64,000 nucleotides of DNA, taken from the IMG/VR virus record IMGVR_UViG_3300031555_004891. The stretch is one strand, 5' to 3'. The notes beneath the pieces were generated by a model. That model made no database searches. It saw only the letters and a program-made list of their open reading frames with translations, and was not told the DNA's origin. Position 1 is the first letter of the stretch. Each line of letters opens with the position of its first letter. Origin of the DNA: a virus. Its lineage: Duplodnaviria > Caudoviricetes. Shown piece after piece: positions 42,975-53,989 of the stretch. The position numbers and the translations under genes are program-made.

Positions 42975-45059
42975 ATGACTAACACAGATTATCTAAATTT
43001 TGAAGAATTAATGGATTTAAATCCAGAAGAGCGAGAAGCTGCTTTAAAGATTCTTTCTGAGCTATCTGAAAAAGGAAAATCAGAATAGCTTGATGATTAT
43101 TTATATTCTGATTTCGATGAAATTCCTGTTGATATACACACTTTTTTGCATAATAAAACATATTTAGGTAATGCTTTATATGATCAGGAAGGAAGATTTA
43201 CACTTTTTCCTTATTGGGAAGAAAAATTAAAAGAAATATTTCCATCACCAACAGAAACGAGATATAATACAATTGTTTTTACCGGAGCTATTGGTCTAGG
43301 AAAATCTACTATAGCTGTTATATGCTTATTATATATGCTATATAGATTATTATGTTTAAAAGATCCATATTTATATTACGGTATGCAACCTATAGATAAG
43401 ATATCTATTTCTCTTATGAATATAACTTTAGAGAATGCAAAAGGTGTTGCTTTAGATAAAATGAACTAGATGATTTTATCTAGTCAATGGTTCTTAGCTC
43501 ACGGCGAAATGGCTGGTAAAACAAATTTAGAATTTAGACCAGAAAAACATATTGAGCTCATAACAGCATCTAGTAACAATCAAGTAATTGGTCGTGCTTT
43601 GTTTGCAAATTTTACAGATGAGGTTAACTTTGGTTTAACTAGTGATGTAGAAAAATTAAAGAAAAAATAGAAAACACTTATCTCGCAAGTTGACGCTCGT
43701 ATGAAATCAAGATTCTTGCGTGGTACATATCTTCCAACATTAAATATTATTGCATCTTCTAAGAATAGTGAGCAATCATTTTTAGAAGATTTTATATAGG
43801 CTAAAATTAAAAATGAGTCGAAAAACACTTTAATTGTTGATGAACCACAATGGGTAGTTGACTCTAGAAAAGACTCAAAAGAAAAATTTTGGGTAGCAGT
43901 TGGTAATAAATTCTTAGCCAATGAAGTTTTACCTGTAGATGCTTCTGAAACATTAGTTGATGAGTATAGATCTAAAGGCTATTCTATGCTCCATGTACCT
44001 ATTGGTTATTTAGAAAACTTTATCGAAAATCTTGATGGAGCATTGACTGATATAGCTGGTATAGCTACAGCATCATCTTTAAAATATATTTCTGGTATGA
44101 AATGGAATGAGTGTGTAGATTTAGAAATCAAAAATCCTTTCACAAAAGAAATTTTAGAAGTTGGTGATGCTAAAGATGATAAAGTTTAGTATTATGATTA
44201 TTTTGACTTATCTCAAGTCCCATCGGATTTGAAAAGTAGGCCTTTATATATACATCTCGATATGTCTATATCTGGAGACAAAACTGGTATAGCTGGTGTT
44301 TGGATTAAGAGAAAGACTTATGTATCAGAGGGTTAGGATTAGTCAAAATCTTTATATTATAGAGTAGCTTTTTCTTGTGCTATAAAAGCACCTAAAGGTG
44401 CTCAAATTTCTTTTGAAAAAAATAAGAAATTTATATATTGGCTCAAAGAAAACGGTTTTAATGTTAAAAAGATAACTAGCGATACTTTCTAGTCAGCACC
44501 TGTTTTACAGGATTTAAGAGCTCATGGTTTCGATTGTGAAACTCAATCTGTAGATAGGTTGACTGGCGAAGGTAAAAATAAAATTTGTGAGCCTTATCAT
44601 TATTTTAGATCTACAATATATGAAAATAGATTATAGGTATATAAGACTCAATTATTAACAGAAGAAGTTATTGGTCTTGAAAAATTATCTGATGGTCATG
44701 TAGATCATACAACCTCAGGTATAAATTCAAAAGATATCAGTGACGCAGTTTGCGGTGCTATTTTTGAAGCTAGTAAACATGGTGAGTAGTTTGCATTTGA
44801 TTATGGAGAAGATTTAGATGTAGTCAAAGATGTAAGCAAAACTGTTACTATACAATCGTAGACGCAAGAAATAAATGAAGCTTTTTAGCAAGAATTGTAG
44901 AAAATGTTTGACCCTATGGCTAGACATATTCAAAAGACTGAGCAAACTAAACCTGATAATACACAACAATAGAAAAAATCACCATACACAGATTTTGGAA
45001 ATGGTGCTGCACAACCTTATGCTCCGGCTTATATGGCTCAAGGCATAGTGTTGTTTTAA
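42975..45059 (+). CDS. terL: Terminase large subunit, 694 aa (14 in-frame TAG by hand count)
   Basis: Walker A FTGAIGLGKST, Walker B FANFTDEVNF, nuclease motifs IHLDMSISGDKTG, SDTF(Q)S and VDH...SKDISDAV. Immediately upstream of the portal. Confidence 0.92.
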
Positions 45060-45072
45060 CGAGGAATAAAAA

Positions 45073-46989
45073 ATGCCTGTAGATACAACAAAAACAAAAT
45101 TAGATAAAAATGAAAGCTCCGTATATCGAGAAGAGCCTGCAGTTTATAATAAAGTTATCTAGGCTGCACCTGCTCCAGAACGTGAGATAGGTATTGATAC
45201 TAAGCAAACTATGTATCAAAACATTATTCAAGCTGGTACAAATAATCTTTTAGATATCTCGTCTCTAGATGCTTTCACAAATATATCACAAAGCAGAGAT
45301 CAAGTATATGCTTTACTAGATACTATGTGTCAAGATTCTACCGTAGCAGCTGTTTTAGAGACTTATGCAGAAGATGCTACTGAGCCAAATGATCAAGGCC
45401 AAATAGTTTGGGTAGAAGCATCTAATCCAGATGTGCAGAAATATGTACAATTTTTATTAGATGCTATGAACGTAGATAAAAATATATATAAATGGACATA
45501 CTCACTTTGTAAATATGGTGATATATATCTAAGATTATATAGAGAGTCAGATTTTGAGGAAGCTGATTTATTTAATAGTTTTAAAAATAAAAAGAAAACA
45601 GCTCTCAATGAAGCTGTTAAAATAAAAGCATATTCTAAAAATGATCACTATGTAAATTATATGGAAATGCACTCAAATCCAGCAGAAATTTTTGAGCTTA
45701 CAAAACTAGGTAAGACTTATGCTTATATAAAAGCTCATGTTAACTCAACACAAACATTTGATTCTGTTACTGGATATTATCAAGCTAATAATTTACTTTC
45801 TTATAGATTTAAGCAGAGTGATGTTGAGTTACACTCTGCTACAGATTTTGTACATGGCTGTTTAGAAGATAATTCTAGCAGAACACCAGAAACAGTATAG
45901 ATTTTTATAGGTGATAGTGATAAAGAAGCTGATGCTTTAACTTACACAGTTAAACGTGGCCAATCACTTTTGTATAATACATTTAAAACTTGGCGAGAAT
46001 TACAACTTCTCGAAAATTCTGTTTTACTTAATCGTATTACAAAATCATCTATTGTTCGTGTAATTGGTGTAGAAGTAGGTGATATGCCTAAAGAAATGGT
46101 AGGCCCACATTTGCAAGGTATAAAATCCTTAATCGAACAAAAAGCTGCTATAAATGCAGGTAACTCAATAAATGAGTACACTAATCCAGGTCCTATAGAA
46201 AATAATATTTATGTACCTACTCACGAAGGTGTTGGTGCTATTACAGCAAGCCAAATCGGTGGTGATGTAGATGTTAAATCTTTAGCTGACCTAGATTATT
46301 ATCAAGATAAATGGTTTGGATCACTTCGTGTTCCTAAACAATATTTCGGTGTAACAGATGATAACGCCGGATTTAGCGGTGGACAATCATTATCTATTAT
46401 TTCATCACGTTATGGTAAAATGGTTAAACGTATCCAAAGCACAATGACTCAATTGCTTACAGATGCTGTTAACTTATTGCTTTTAGATAGAAATCTTAAA
46501 ACGTATGTTAACGAATTTAATATTAGAATGCTTGCACCTACTACTCAAGAAGAGTTAGATAGACGTGAAAATTTAAGTAATAAAGTTGGTGTTACAACTG
46601 ATATTATGAATATGCTAGGTGATATAGACGATTCTGTAATTAAGCTTAAAATTATGAAATCTCTATTATCAAAAATTTTAACTGATGGCGAAGTTATAGA
46701 CTTAATACAACAACAAATAGATAATTTAGAAGAGCAGCAAGAAGCAGAAAATAATCCAGAAGAAACAACAGATGATATTGATTTGAGTGATGATTCTGGA
46801 GATATGTTTGCAGATGCATCTTCTGAACCTAGTGAAGCTGAATTAGATTTAGGATTAGGTGTTACAGATGACTCTGAAACTGATTTAAGTTTAGATAGCG
46901 GAGAAGAAACGATTGAGCCTATGGATACTGGAGCTACTTTACCTACACCAGATGAGTTAGGCGTAGATATGACTACTTTTGAAGGTTAA
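45073..46989 (+). CDS. Portal protein (T4 gp20-like), 638 aa (2 TAG)
   Basis: VLETYAEDAT, LCKYGDIY, GQSLL...RELQLLENSVLLNRITKS, DLDYYQDK.F.SLRVPK; acidic tail. TAG 45160 and 45898. Confidence 0.9.
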
Positions 46990-47083
46990 CATAATTTCAT
47001 ACAGATTGATGTTATTTAAAACCTTAATTCTTCAAAAAAAAAATAAAAAAAAAATCAGTTGGTTATACCATGGAGACTAAAAT

Positions 47084-47554
47084 ATGATTTCAAAAAATGA
47101 TCTAGTTTTAATATTAACAGATATGTCAAAAAGTGGGTTTGATACAAAAAATCAAATTACAAAAGTTTTAACAACTAAAAATATACCTATGGATGTTATA
47201 AAATTTATAAATGAAAATAGAGAAATGGATTTAAGTAAATTTTATACTCATATCAGAAAAAGTTATAACTAGAAAAAATCTAAATTATACATAAACATAA
47301 TGAAAGAAATAGAAGATGTTAACGAAGTGCTTACTACGTTAGCATCTCTAAATCTACAAATCCTTTTATTTAGTAAAAATGTAGATGATAAACAAATGTT
47401 TTTAAGACATAGTAGAGCTTCTGAAATTACAAAAGTTTTAACTATGTATTATGAAAATTATGATTTAGCAAATTGTGTAAAATTATTACATTTGATAAAA
47501 GCTGATATTGTAGCTTTCGAATTTTTAAGTGGACAACGTACAACTGTTGCTTAA
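47084..47554 (+). CDS. Hypothetical head-module protein, 156 aa (1 TAG)
   Basis: Two in-frame ORFs joined at TAG 47270. SD GGAG. Confidence 0.75.
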
Positions 47555-47723
47555 GTAAAATAAGTTATATATTTATTATTATATTTTTAAACTAGTTATC
47601 TTTTTAAATAATTTATCTTTTAAACTAGTTTAAATAATTAATTATTATATATATAATATATTATAATATTATCTTAAACAACACTTAAACATAATTTCTT
47701 TGTAAAAATTCAAATTTTTATAT

Positions 47724-47733
47724 GCTAAATTAT
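47724..47733 (+). promoter_or_regulatory. Putative late promoter GCTAAATTAT
   Basis: Exact copy upstream of the protease-capsid operon. Confidence 0.65.
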
Positions 47734-47776
47734 ATGTAAAACTGTACAAAACAGTGTAAAAAGGAAGAAAATATAC

Positions 47777-49318
47777 ATGTCAGCACCCTTAAAGAGAAAC
47801 GAAGAGTTAGTTTTAGATGACTCAATAAAAGTTAATAAGAAAGGCGAAGCTATCCTCGGTGTTCTCGAAGGACCCTGCGCAGATGTAATAAATCCTACGA
47901 GAAATGATAGACAGTATGATGAAGAGCTTTGGGAAAATGTTTTCAAAGATCCTATCGTAAACGAATACTTCGAATGCGGCGGTTTATTAGGTGAGTTAGA
48001 TCACCCAACAGATCGTACAGAAACTGATACATCTAAAGTAGCAATTTGCATGCCTGAAAAACCTAAAAGAGGAAAAGATGGTAAACTTTATGCAAGATTT
48101 GATATTTTAGATACACCAAATGGACGTATTGCTTATACACTTGCAAAATATGGATATAAGTTAGGTGTAAGCTCAAGAGGTAATGGTGATGTCTACGAAG
48201 CTTTTGATGGAAAAGAGCATGTAGACTCAAATACATATGAGCTCAAAGCATTCGATTTAGTTTTATTACCAGCAGTTAAAGCTGCTAGACTTGCTTTAAA
48301 AGAATCTGTAGGTAATAAAACATTTAAGCAAGCAATCAGAGAATCTTTAGAATCTGCTACAAAAGATGAAAAAAGAATTATGGTTGAAAGCTTAAGAAAC
48401 TTAAAAATAGATTATAAGATGGAACAGGCTAAACAGTCTGTAAAATCAGATAATAAAGTAACCGAATCAGTAGTTCCTCAAACTGAGAAAGTAGCCGAAG
48501 ATAACGGAATGATTTTAGTAGAAGAATTACAGAGAGAAATTCTCAAGAATAAAGAATTAACTGAATCATATCAAGCTGTGCAAGAACAGTTATCAGTTTG
48601 CTATGCAAAAGAAGCTAAGTATCAAGAAGAAATTGAAATGCTTAAAGCAAATCAAATCAGCACTGATAAAGATAAAGTTACTGCTTTAGAATCAGAGATT
48701 AGCTCCCTTACTGAGAGATTACATGAAACAACCGAACAGCTTAACGCAACTAGTAAGCGTTACGCAAAACTTTCTGAAGCAGTAAGAAAAGAAAAAGCTG
48801 AAAAGAAAGCTATAAATGAGTCTTTAGAATCTGAAAAAGATCATAAGATACAGAAGCTTACAGAAAAGCTAACACTTGAAAGACGCGAATCAGAAAAAAC
48901 TCAGAAAAGTTTAACCGAATAGATAGAAGACTTAAAGAAGAATTCTGCTATTAAAGCTAAAGAATATTCTGAAAAAACTCAAAAATCTAACAAGCTTGTG
49001 GAACATTATAAAAAGATAGCTCAAGAAGCTGTTTCTAGATATATAGATTCAAAAGCACTTACGTTAGGTATTTCAGCTACAGAAATTAAAAACAGACTCA
49101 CAGAAGATTGTACTTTCGATGATGTAGATGAAATTTGCGAGAGTTTGCAAGGATATCAGATAAAGCTTAGCAAACTTCCTATTTCTATCGACTCAAATAA
49201 AAGAGTGAAAGTTAAAGTTACTGAATCAAAAGAACCCATTAAGCCTAAAACATGGGTTGATGACGAAATAGATGACAGTTTATTACGTCTAGCAGGCTTA
49301 GACAAATTAGATTTATGA
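47777..49318 (+). CDS. Prohead protease (T4 gp21-like) fused to a coiled-coil scaffold, 513 aa (1 TAG)
   Basis: TRNDRQY, GELDHP, GVSSRGNG, FDLVLLPA. Coiled coil rich in LxE. C-terminal LLRLAGL. TAG 48920. Confidence 0.9.
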
Positions 49319-49337
49319 TAAAAAGGAAATAAATATT

Positions 49338-50675
49338 ATGGCTAACTTACTTGAAAGTTATAAAACCAGACTTGCAGTGTCTGAAAGCTATTATGCAAAA
49401 TCACACAACGGCGAAAAACTTCCTCAACAAAAGAAACTCGTTGTTGCAAAATTACTTGAAAACCAAAACAAATTCTTAAGCGAAGCGTTTGAACAAAGCG
49501 TTGGTACTCAAAGAAGCGACATGGGTCATTTCAGAAAATTCTCTATGAACCTTACTACTGTTGCTACTCCTAACCTTATTGCTTTCGACCTCGTTCTCGT
49601 ACAACCTATGAGCTCACTCAGCGGTTATGTTAACTACATTAAATATACTGTTGGTTCAAACAAAGGTGATTCAAAGAGAGGCGAAGTACTTAACAGTCCT
49701 TTCGGTCTTGGTAAAGTTGATCCTTACTACACTTCCGATAAAGTTGTTGAAACTATTGGTGCTGGTGTAACTGAATTCAAAGCAGCTTGGACCCCTGTAT
49801 TAAAAGGTTTCTTCAGACATGATGATGCTAAATATGATGTTAAAATCATGAAAGCAGATGGTTCTGAACAATATGCAAACTTTAATGATGATGGTGTTGT
49901 AGCTGTTGCAGAAGGTGATAGAGTTGCATATGTATATGATAACGTTTCTATTCCTCAAAACGACCTTCCTGTTGTAAACGCTGAAATGGATACTATTCCT
50001 CTTGTTGCAAGAGCTAGAAGAATTGCTATCTACTACAGCCAAATGGCTGCTTTCCAAGCTAAAACTGATTATGGTTTCGACCTTGGCGATCAACTTGCTG
50101 AAAAAGCTGTTGCTCAATTAAGTTACGAAATTGATACTGAAGTTTGCCAACTTCTTATCGACAATGCAGATGCAGATGACGCAGTTGTATTCAATAAAAC
50201 AGTACCTTATGGTATCTCTATGATGGAACACTACGCAGCATTCGCAGCAGTTGTTGAAAAAGCAAAACAAAAAGTATATGACAGAACTAAGAGATTTATG
50301 CCTAACTACATGTTAGTTGCTTCTGACCTTATGCCTGTACTTACTTTCGTTCCTGGATTCAAAGCTGCTTCTGCAAGCAATGTAAACGGTCCTTACATGG
50401 CTGGTACATTCAATGGTATGAAAGTATTCGTTACTCCAAACATTGAAGCTGGTAAATTCGTACTCGGTGTAAATGGTAACGATATGATGAGCTCTGCAGC
50501 TGTTTATGCTCCTTACATGCCAGTAGTTCCTACTCAATTGCTTAACTATGCTGACGGTGGTATGAGCCAAGGCTGGTCAACTATGTATGACCTCAAGATC
50601 CTCAACAAAAACCTTCTTGTTGCTGGTAAAATCGTTGAAGAAGCTTACGTAGTTAACACTAAAGAACAAGCTTAA
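49338..50675 (+). CDS. Major capsid protein (T4 gp23-like), 445 aa
   Basis: LLENQ, PNLIAFDLVLVQPM, VARARRI, LSYEIDTEV, AVYAPYMP. TAG-free. Confidence 0.95.
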   Translation: MANLLESYKTRLAVSESYYAKSHNGEKLPQQKKLVVAKLLENQNKFLSEAFEQSVGTQRSDMGHFRKFSMNLTTVATPNLIAFDLVLVQPMSSLSGYVNYIKYTVGSNKGDSKRGEVLNSPFGLGKVDPYYTSDKVVETIGAGVTEFKAAWTPVLKGFFRHDDAKYDVKIMKADGSEQYANFNDDGVVAVAEGDRVAYVYDNVSIPQNDLPVVNAEMDTIPLVARARRIAIYYSQMAAFQAKTDYGFDLGDQLAEKAVAQLSYEIDTEVCQLLIDNADADDAVVFNKTVPYGISMMEHYAAFAAVVEKAKQKVYDRTKRFMPNYMLVASDLMPVLTFVPGFKAASASNVNGPYMAGTFNGMKVFVTPNIEAGKFVLGVNGNDMMSSAAVYAPYMPVVPTQLLNYADGGMSQGWSTMYDLKILNKNLLVAGKIVEEAYVVNTKEQA

Positions 50676-50704
50676 TCACAAATAAAAATTTAATAGTAAA
50701 AGCT

Positions 50705-50735
50705 AAAGAGTCTTGAGAAATCAAGACTCTTTTTT
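50705..50735 (+). terminator. Intrinsic terminator after the major capsid gene
   Basis: AAAGAGTCTTGA-GAAA-TCAAGACTCTTT followed by a T tract. Confidence 0.85.
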
Positions 50736-50748
50736 CTGTATAAAATAT
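50736..50748 (+). promoter_or_regulatory. CTGTATAAAATAT motif
   Basis: Identical 13-mer at 62016; upstream of gene 50785. Confidence 0.45.
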
Positions 50749-50784
50749 ATGATAGATGAAAACTAAAAATAAGGAAAATTAACT

Positions 50785-51201
50785 ATGTATAAATTTATAG
50801 TAGGTAAGACTATAAAAAGAAAAATATATAAAGGTGAAGATTTATTAGGAAATAAAATTTATGAAAAACAGATAATACCTAAAGGAACTTATGTTGAGTT
50901 AATACCTATAGGATTTCTACATACAGTAGATGCTTTTCCATTACCAGATTCTTCTGAAGAAGATTTATCTGATTTATATATGCAATTAGAAGCTATATTT
51001 GTTAAAAAAGATGCTTCAATGCAATTTGAAGACAAAACAATAACATATGATTCGAGTTTATCTGATAATGCTGATATATTGCATATTGATTTTTTAGATT
51101 ACACAGAAATACCAGCTTTTATAAAATTTTTCAAATTAAAAGTTATAAAAAAGACCTTTAAAGCTATTTGCTTATAGTCAAATACTTTACATAGCTATTA
51201 A
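50785..51201 (+). CDS. Hypothetical protein, 138 aa (130 aa if TAG 51175 were a stop); stand-alone unit
   Basis: ORF flanked by terminators on both sides. Confidence 0.65.
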
Positions 51202-51214
51202 TTTTTAAATTAAT

Positions 51215-51246
51215 TCGAAGAGCGCATAAAAACTCTTCGATTTTTT
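51215..51246 (+). terminator. Intrinsic terminator
   Basis: TCGAAGAG / CTCTTCGA stem followed by a T tract. Confidence 0.7.
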
Positions 51247-51287
51247 CTTATTTTGAAATTTTCTATCACTTTTATAGATTTTTTCTT

Positions 51288-51296
51288 GCTAAATTA
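51288..51296 (+). promoter_or_regulatory. Putative late promoter GCTAAATTA
   Basis: Motif copy upstream of the neck operon. Confidence 0.55.
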
Positions 51297-51418
51297 ATTG
51301 AATAGTATGTAAATTTGTCCACAGACTCACTCAGAAAAGGGTGAGATTGTTTTTAAGCATGGCTGGTTGATTACCTCCGTCAGCCAGCTGTGCTTTGTTT
51401 TTTATAAGGGGAGATGCA

Positions 51419-52135
51419 GTGGAATTAGCCGCATATAGAGATGAAATTAAACTTCGCTTAACAGGTGGGGTTATTGATTTAGAACTTAATGATGCAGCAA
51501 TTGATGGCTGCATCAATAGTGCTTTTAGATAGATATAGAGATATATAGATAGCACAGTTTTAATCACAATTCCTTACACCAAATGTATAGATTTAACCGA
51601 TAAAAAAGTAAGCTCTGTATCTAGAGTATTTAGATCAGAAGGTTATGGAATAACATCAGATACATCTATAAATGGAGGAACTCACGATCCTATGTATCTA
51701 GCTTCATGGCAAATGATGGCTGGTGTAGGATCTGGTATAAGTACTATGACTAGTTTTGTGCAGAATTATGCTGCATATAACACATCTTTGCAAGTTAGAA
51801 ATACATTATCTACCGATTTGTTATTTAGATTCGATAAACATACTAATCAGCTTTATATAAACTGCAGTTATGATTTACCAGAATATATAACTATAGAATT
51901 TGTTCCTAAATATGATGATGTATCGCAAATAGTTTCAGATTTCTGGATAGATATCGAAATGCGATTAGCCTTAGCTATTTGCAAGCAAGTTATAGGAAGA
52001 ATAAGAAAGAAATTTACCCAAACAAATGCGTTATGGGAATTAGATACAGATATCTTGCAAGAAGGTATCGACGAAGAAAAAGAGCTCGTTGAGCAAATGC
52101 GTAAAGCGAGTCAACTAAATTATCCAATAGATTAA
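51419..52135 (+). CDS. Neck/head-tail adaptor (T4 gp13-like), 238 aa (2 TAG)
   Basis: GTG after SD GGGGAG. IKLRLTGGVIDLEL.D..IDGCI..AFR(Q)I(Q)RY, K..IGRIRKKF, ILQEG..E...L. Confidence 0.8.
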
Positions 52136-52165
52136 AATTAAGCAATGCTTACAGGAGAATAAATA

Positions 52166-53908
52166 ATGGCTACAAATTATTTAGCAGAAGCCTTTCAGCA
52201 AATGAAGTTATTAGAAAGTGAAACTTTCAGCTTCGATAACGATGGGGCTGCAAAACTATCAAACTTCATGGATGATGACCTTCTCACAGATGTAGAAGTT
52301 GTTATTGATCCTGAAGCAGAAACAGAAGAAGATCTTAAAGACTCATACATCGGTGATATTATCTTAGCATGCGAAGTATGTCATTCTATGATCTACAAAC
52401 GTGAAGAAGAAGTAACAGTTGAAGAAGATGCTGATATGGCAAATGTTGGCGAACTTTGTCCTTATTGCTACTCTTCTGATGGTTTCAAAATTATCGGTAA
52501 GGTAGCACCTTATGAAGAAATTACTGTTGAAACAGAATCTGGTGAAGATGTAAAAGTTGAAGTAGATGGTAAGAAAATTGAAACCGAAGCTGATGATGAA
52601 GATGAAATAAAAGATCTTGATCCAGAAACAGAAGAAGATAGAGAAGAGCTTGATGAGTCTTTAAATGAAGCTAAAGATAGCAAAGAAAAAGGTACTGGTG
52701 ATGATGTTACTATTGGCTTAAATAAAGATGGCGAACTTGATATTGTAAAAGATGAAAATCAAGATAATATCGAACCTTTAGAAGAAGCTAAAGAGCCACT
52801 TTCTGTTAGACTTAAGAAAAGACTCGCTATGAAAGCTGAAAATCTCGAAGAAGAAGTTATTGAAGAAAATTTCTACGCAGTAGTAGAAGTAGATGGTGAA
52901 GAAAGAAGATTCCCATTTAAAGATAGAGATGCAGCTAGAAGATATATCCAACACGTTAGAAATGGTGCACCTGAATTTGAAGGTAAGAAAATCGGCAGCA
53001 TGTGGACTGAAAGTTTAGATTCAAACAATAGATTGCTGAAAGAAGGTAGAGGTAAAAATAAATTCACTTATGATGAAGCAGTAAATTATTTAGAATCAAA
53101 AGGAATTAGCTGTGATCCAACAGCTGCTGGATGCGGTGAATTTGTATGCGATCTTCTAGATGAGTATGTTGATGGTTACGATGATTATGATGAAGAAATT
53201 TATTATAAATCTACGTTAGATGATATAATTGATAGAGCTAAAGATTATTTAGAAAATCTTGAAGAAGAAGATCTTGATGAGTCTGTTGCTAAAAACAGTT
53301 CAAAACAAAATTTGAAAGAAGGTATGGAAGATATTTCTATTACTACAGAAACAGATGTAATTAAAGTAAAATCTACACCTAGAGAAGATAAAGAAGCTAT
53401 TGTTCCTATGCAACCAGAAGAAGTAGAAGAAATTGTCGAACCTGCTGCAGAAGAAGTAGCAGAAATTCCAGAAGAAGAATTTGTTGAAGAACCTGCAGTT
53501 GATGAAGAAACAGTTGATACTGATGTAGATATCGAAGAATTCGATGAAGAAGGCTTTGATGAGTTAGGTGAAAGCTACCTTAAGAAAGTATATGAAAATG
53601 TAGAATCATATAAAACAACTTCTGGTAGTTTAAAAAATAATTCTATCTGTTTAGAAGGTGTTATTACATTTAATTCTGGTAAAAAAGCTAAAACTAGTTT
53701 TATTTTCGAAGCTAAAGAAATGACTAAACGTGGTAAGCTTAAATTCATTGGTGAAAATGTTAACTTATCTAAAAATAAGAAAGCATTTACCCTTACTGGA
53801 ATTGCTGACAATAAAAAATTAATGTGCGAATCTTTAACTTATAATTATTTAGCTAAAGACGCTAAAAACAATAAAGCTAAAAAACTTTATGGAACAGTTA
53901 AAAGATAA
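52166..53908 (+). CDS. Acidic head/core-like multi-domain protein, 580 aa, with CxxC pairs
   Basis: TAG-free. CEVC and CPYC. Many LxE(S/A/G) motifs. Confidence 0.75.
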   Translation: MATNYLAEAFQQMKLLESETFSFDNDGAAKLSNFMDDDLLTDVEVVIDPEAETEEDLKDSYIGDIILACEVCHSMIYKREEEVTVEEDADMANVGELCPYCYSSDGFKIIGKVAPYEEITVETESGEDVKVEVDGKKIETEADDEDEIKDLDPETEEDREELDESLNEAKDSKEKGTGDDVTIGLNKDGELDIVKDENQDNIEPLEEAKEPLSVRLKKRLAMKAENLEEEVIEENFYAVVEVDGEERRFPFKDRDAARRYIQHVRNGAPEFEGKKIGSMWTESLDSNNRLLKEGRGKNKFTYDEAVNYLESKGISCDPTAAGCGEFVCDLLDEYVDGYDDYDEEIYYKSTLDDIIDRAKDYLENLEEEDLDESVAKNSSKQNLKEGMEDISITTETDVIKVKSTPREDKEAIVPMQPEEVEEIVEPAAEEVAEIPEEEFVEEPAVDEETVDTDVDIEEFDEEGFDELGESYLKKVYENVESYKTTSGSLKNNSICLEGVITFNSGKKAKTSFIFEAKEMTKRGKLKFIGENVNLSKNKKAFTLTGIADNKKLMCESLTYNYLAKDAKNNKAKKLYGTVKR

Positions 53909-53922
53909 TATATAAATGATTT

Positions 53923-53953
53923 CATAGATAGGCTTTATTTAAGCCTATCTATG
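53923..53953 (+). terminator. Intergenic hairpin
   Basis: CATAGATAGGCTT / AAGCCTATCTATG 13-bp stem; no strong U tract. Confidence 0.55.
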
Positions 53954-53989
53954 TGATTTGTTATAAGATTTGCTTATGGAGGAAGCAGT

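Noticed and set aside
42975-45059. Terminase and other fragmented genes as pseudogenes of a decayed prophage
   Set aside because: All interruptions are TAG, there are no frameshifts or internal TAA/TGA, and catalytic motifs are intact. This pattern indicates recoding, not decay.
47034-47054. Poly-A tract as a phase-variation switch
   Set aside because: It is intergenic with no evident promoter spacing role, and homopolymer length may be a sequencing artefact.
51331-51380. Minus-strand micro-ORF MLKNNLTLF behind GGAGGT
   Set aside because: Only 9 codons with long SD spacing. The sequence is better explained by the + strand hairpin.
41616-51418. Suppressor tRNA in the GC-richer intergenic segments (41616-41733, 51300-51418)
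   Set aside because: No cloverleaf or T-loop GTTCRA could be built by eye. A tRNAscan-SE run would settle it.
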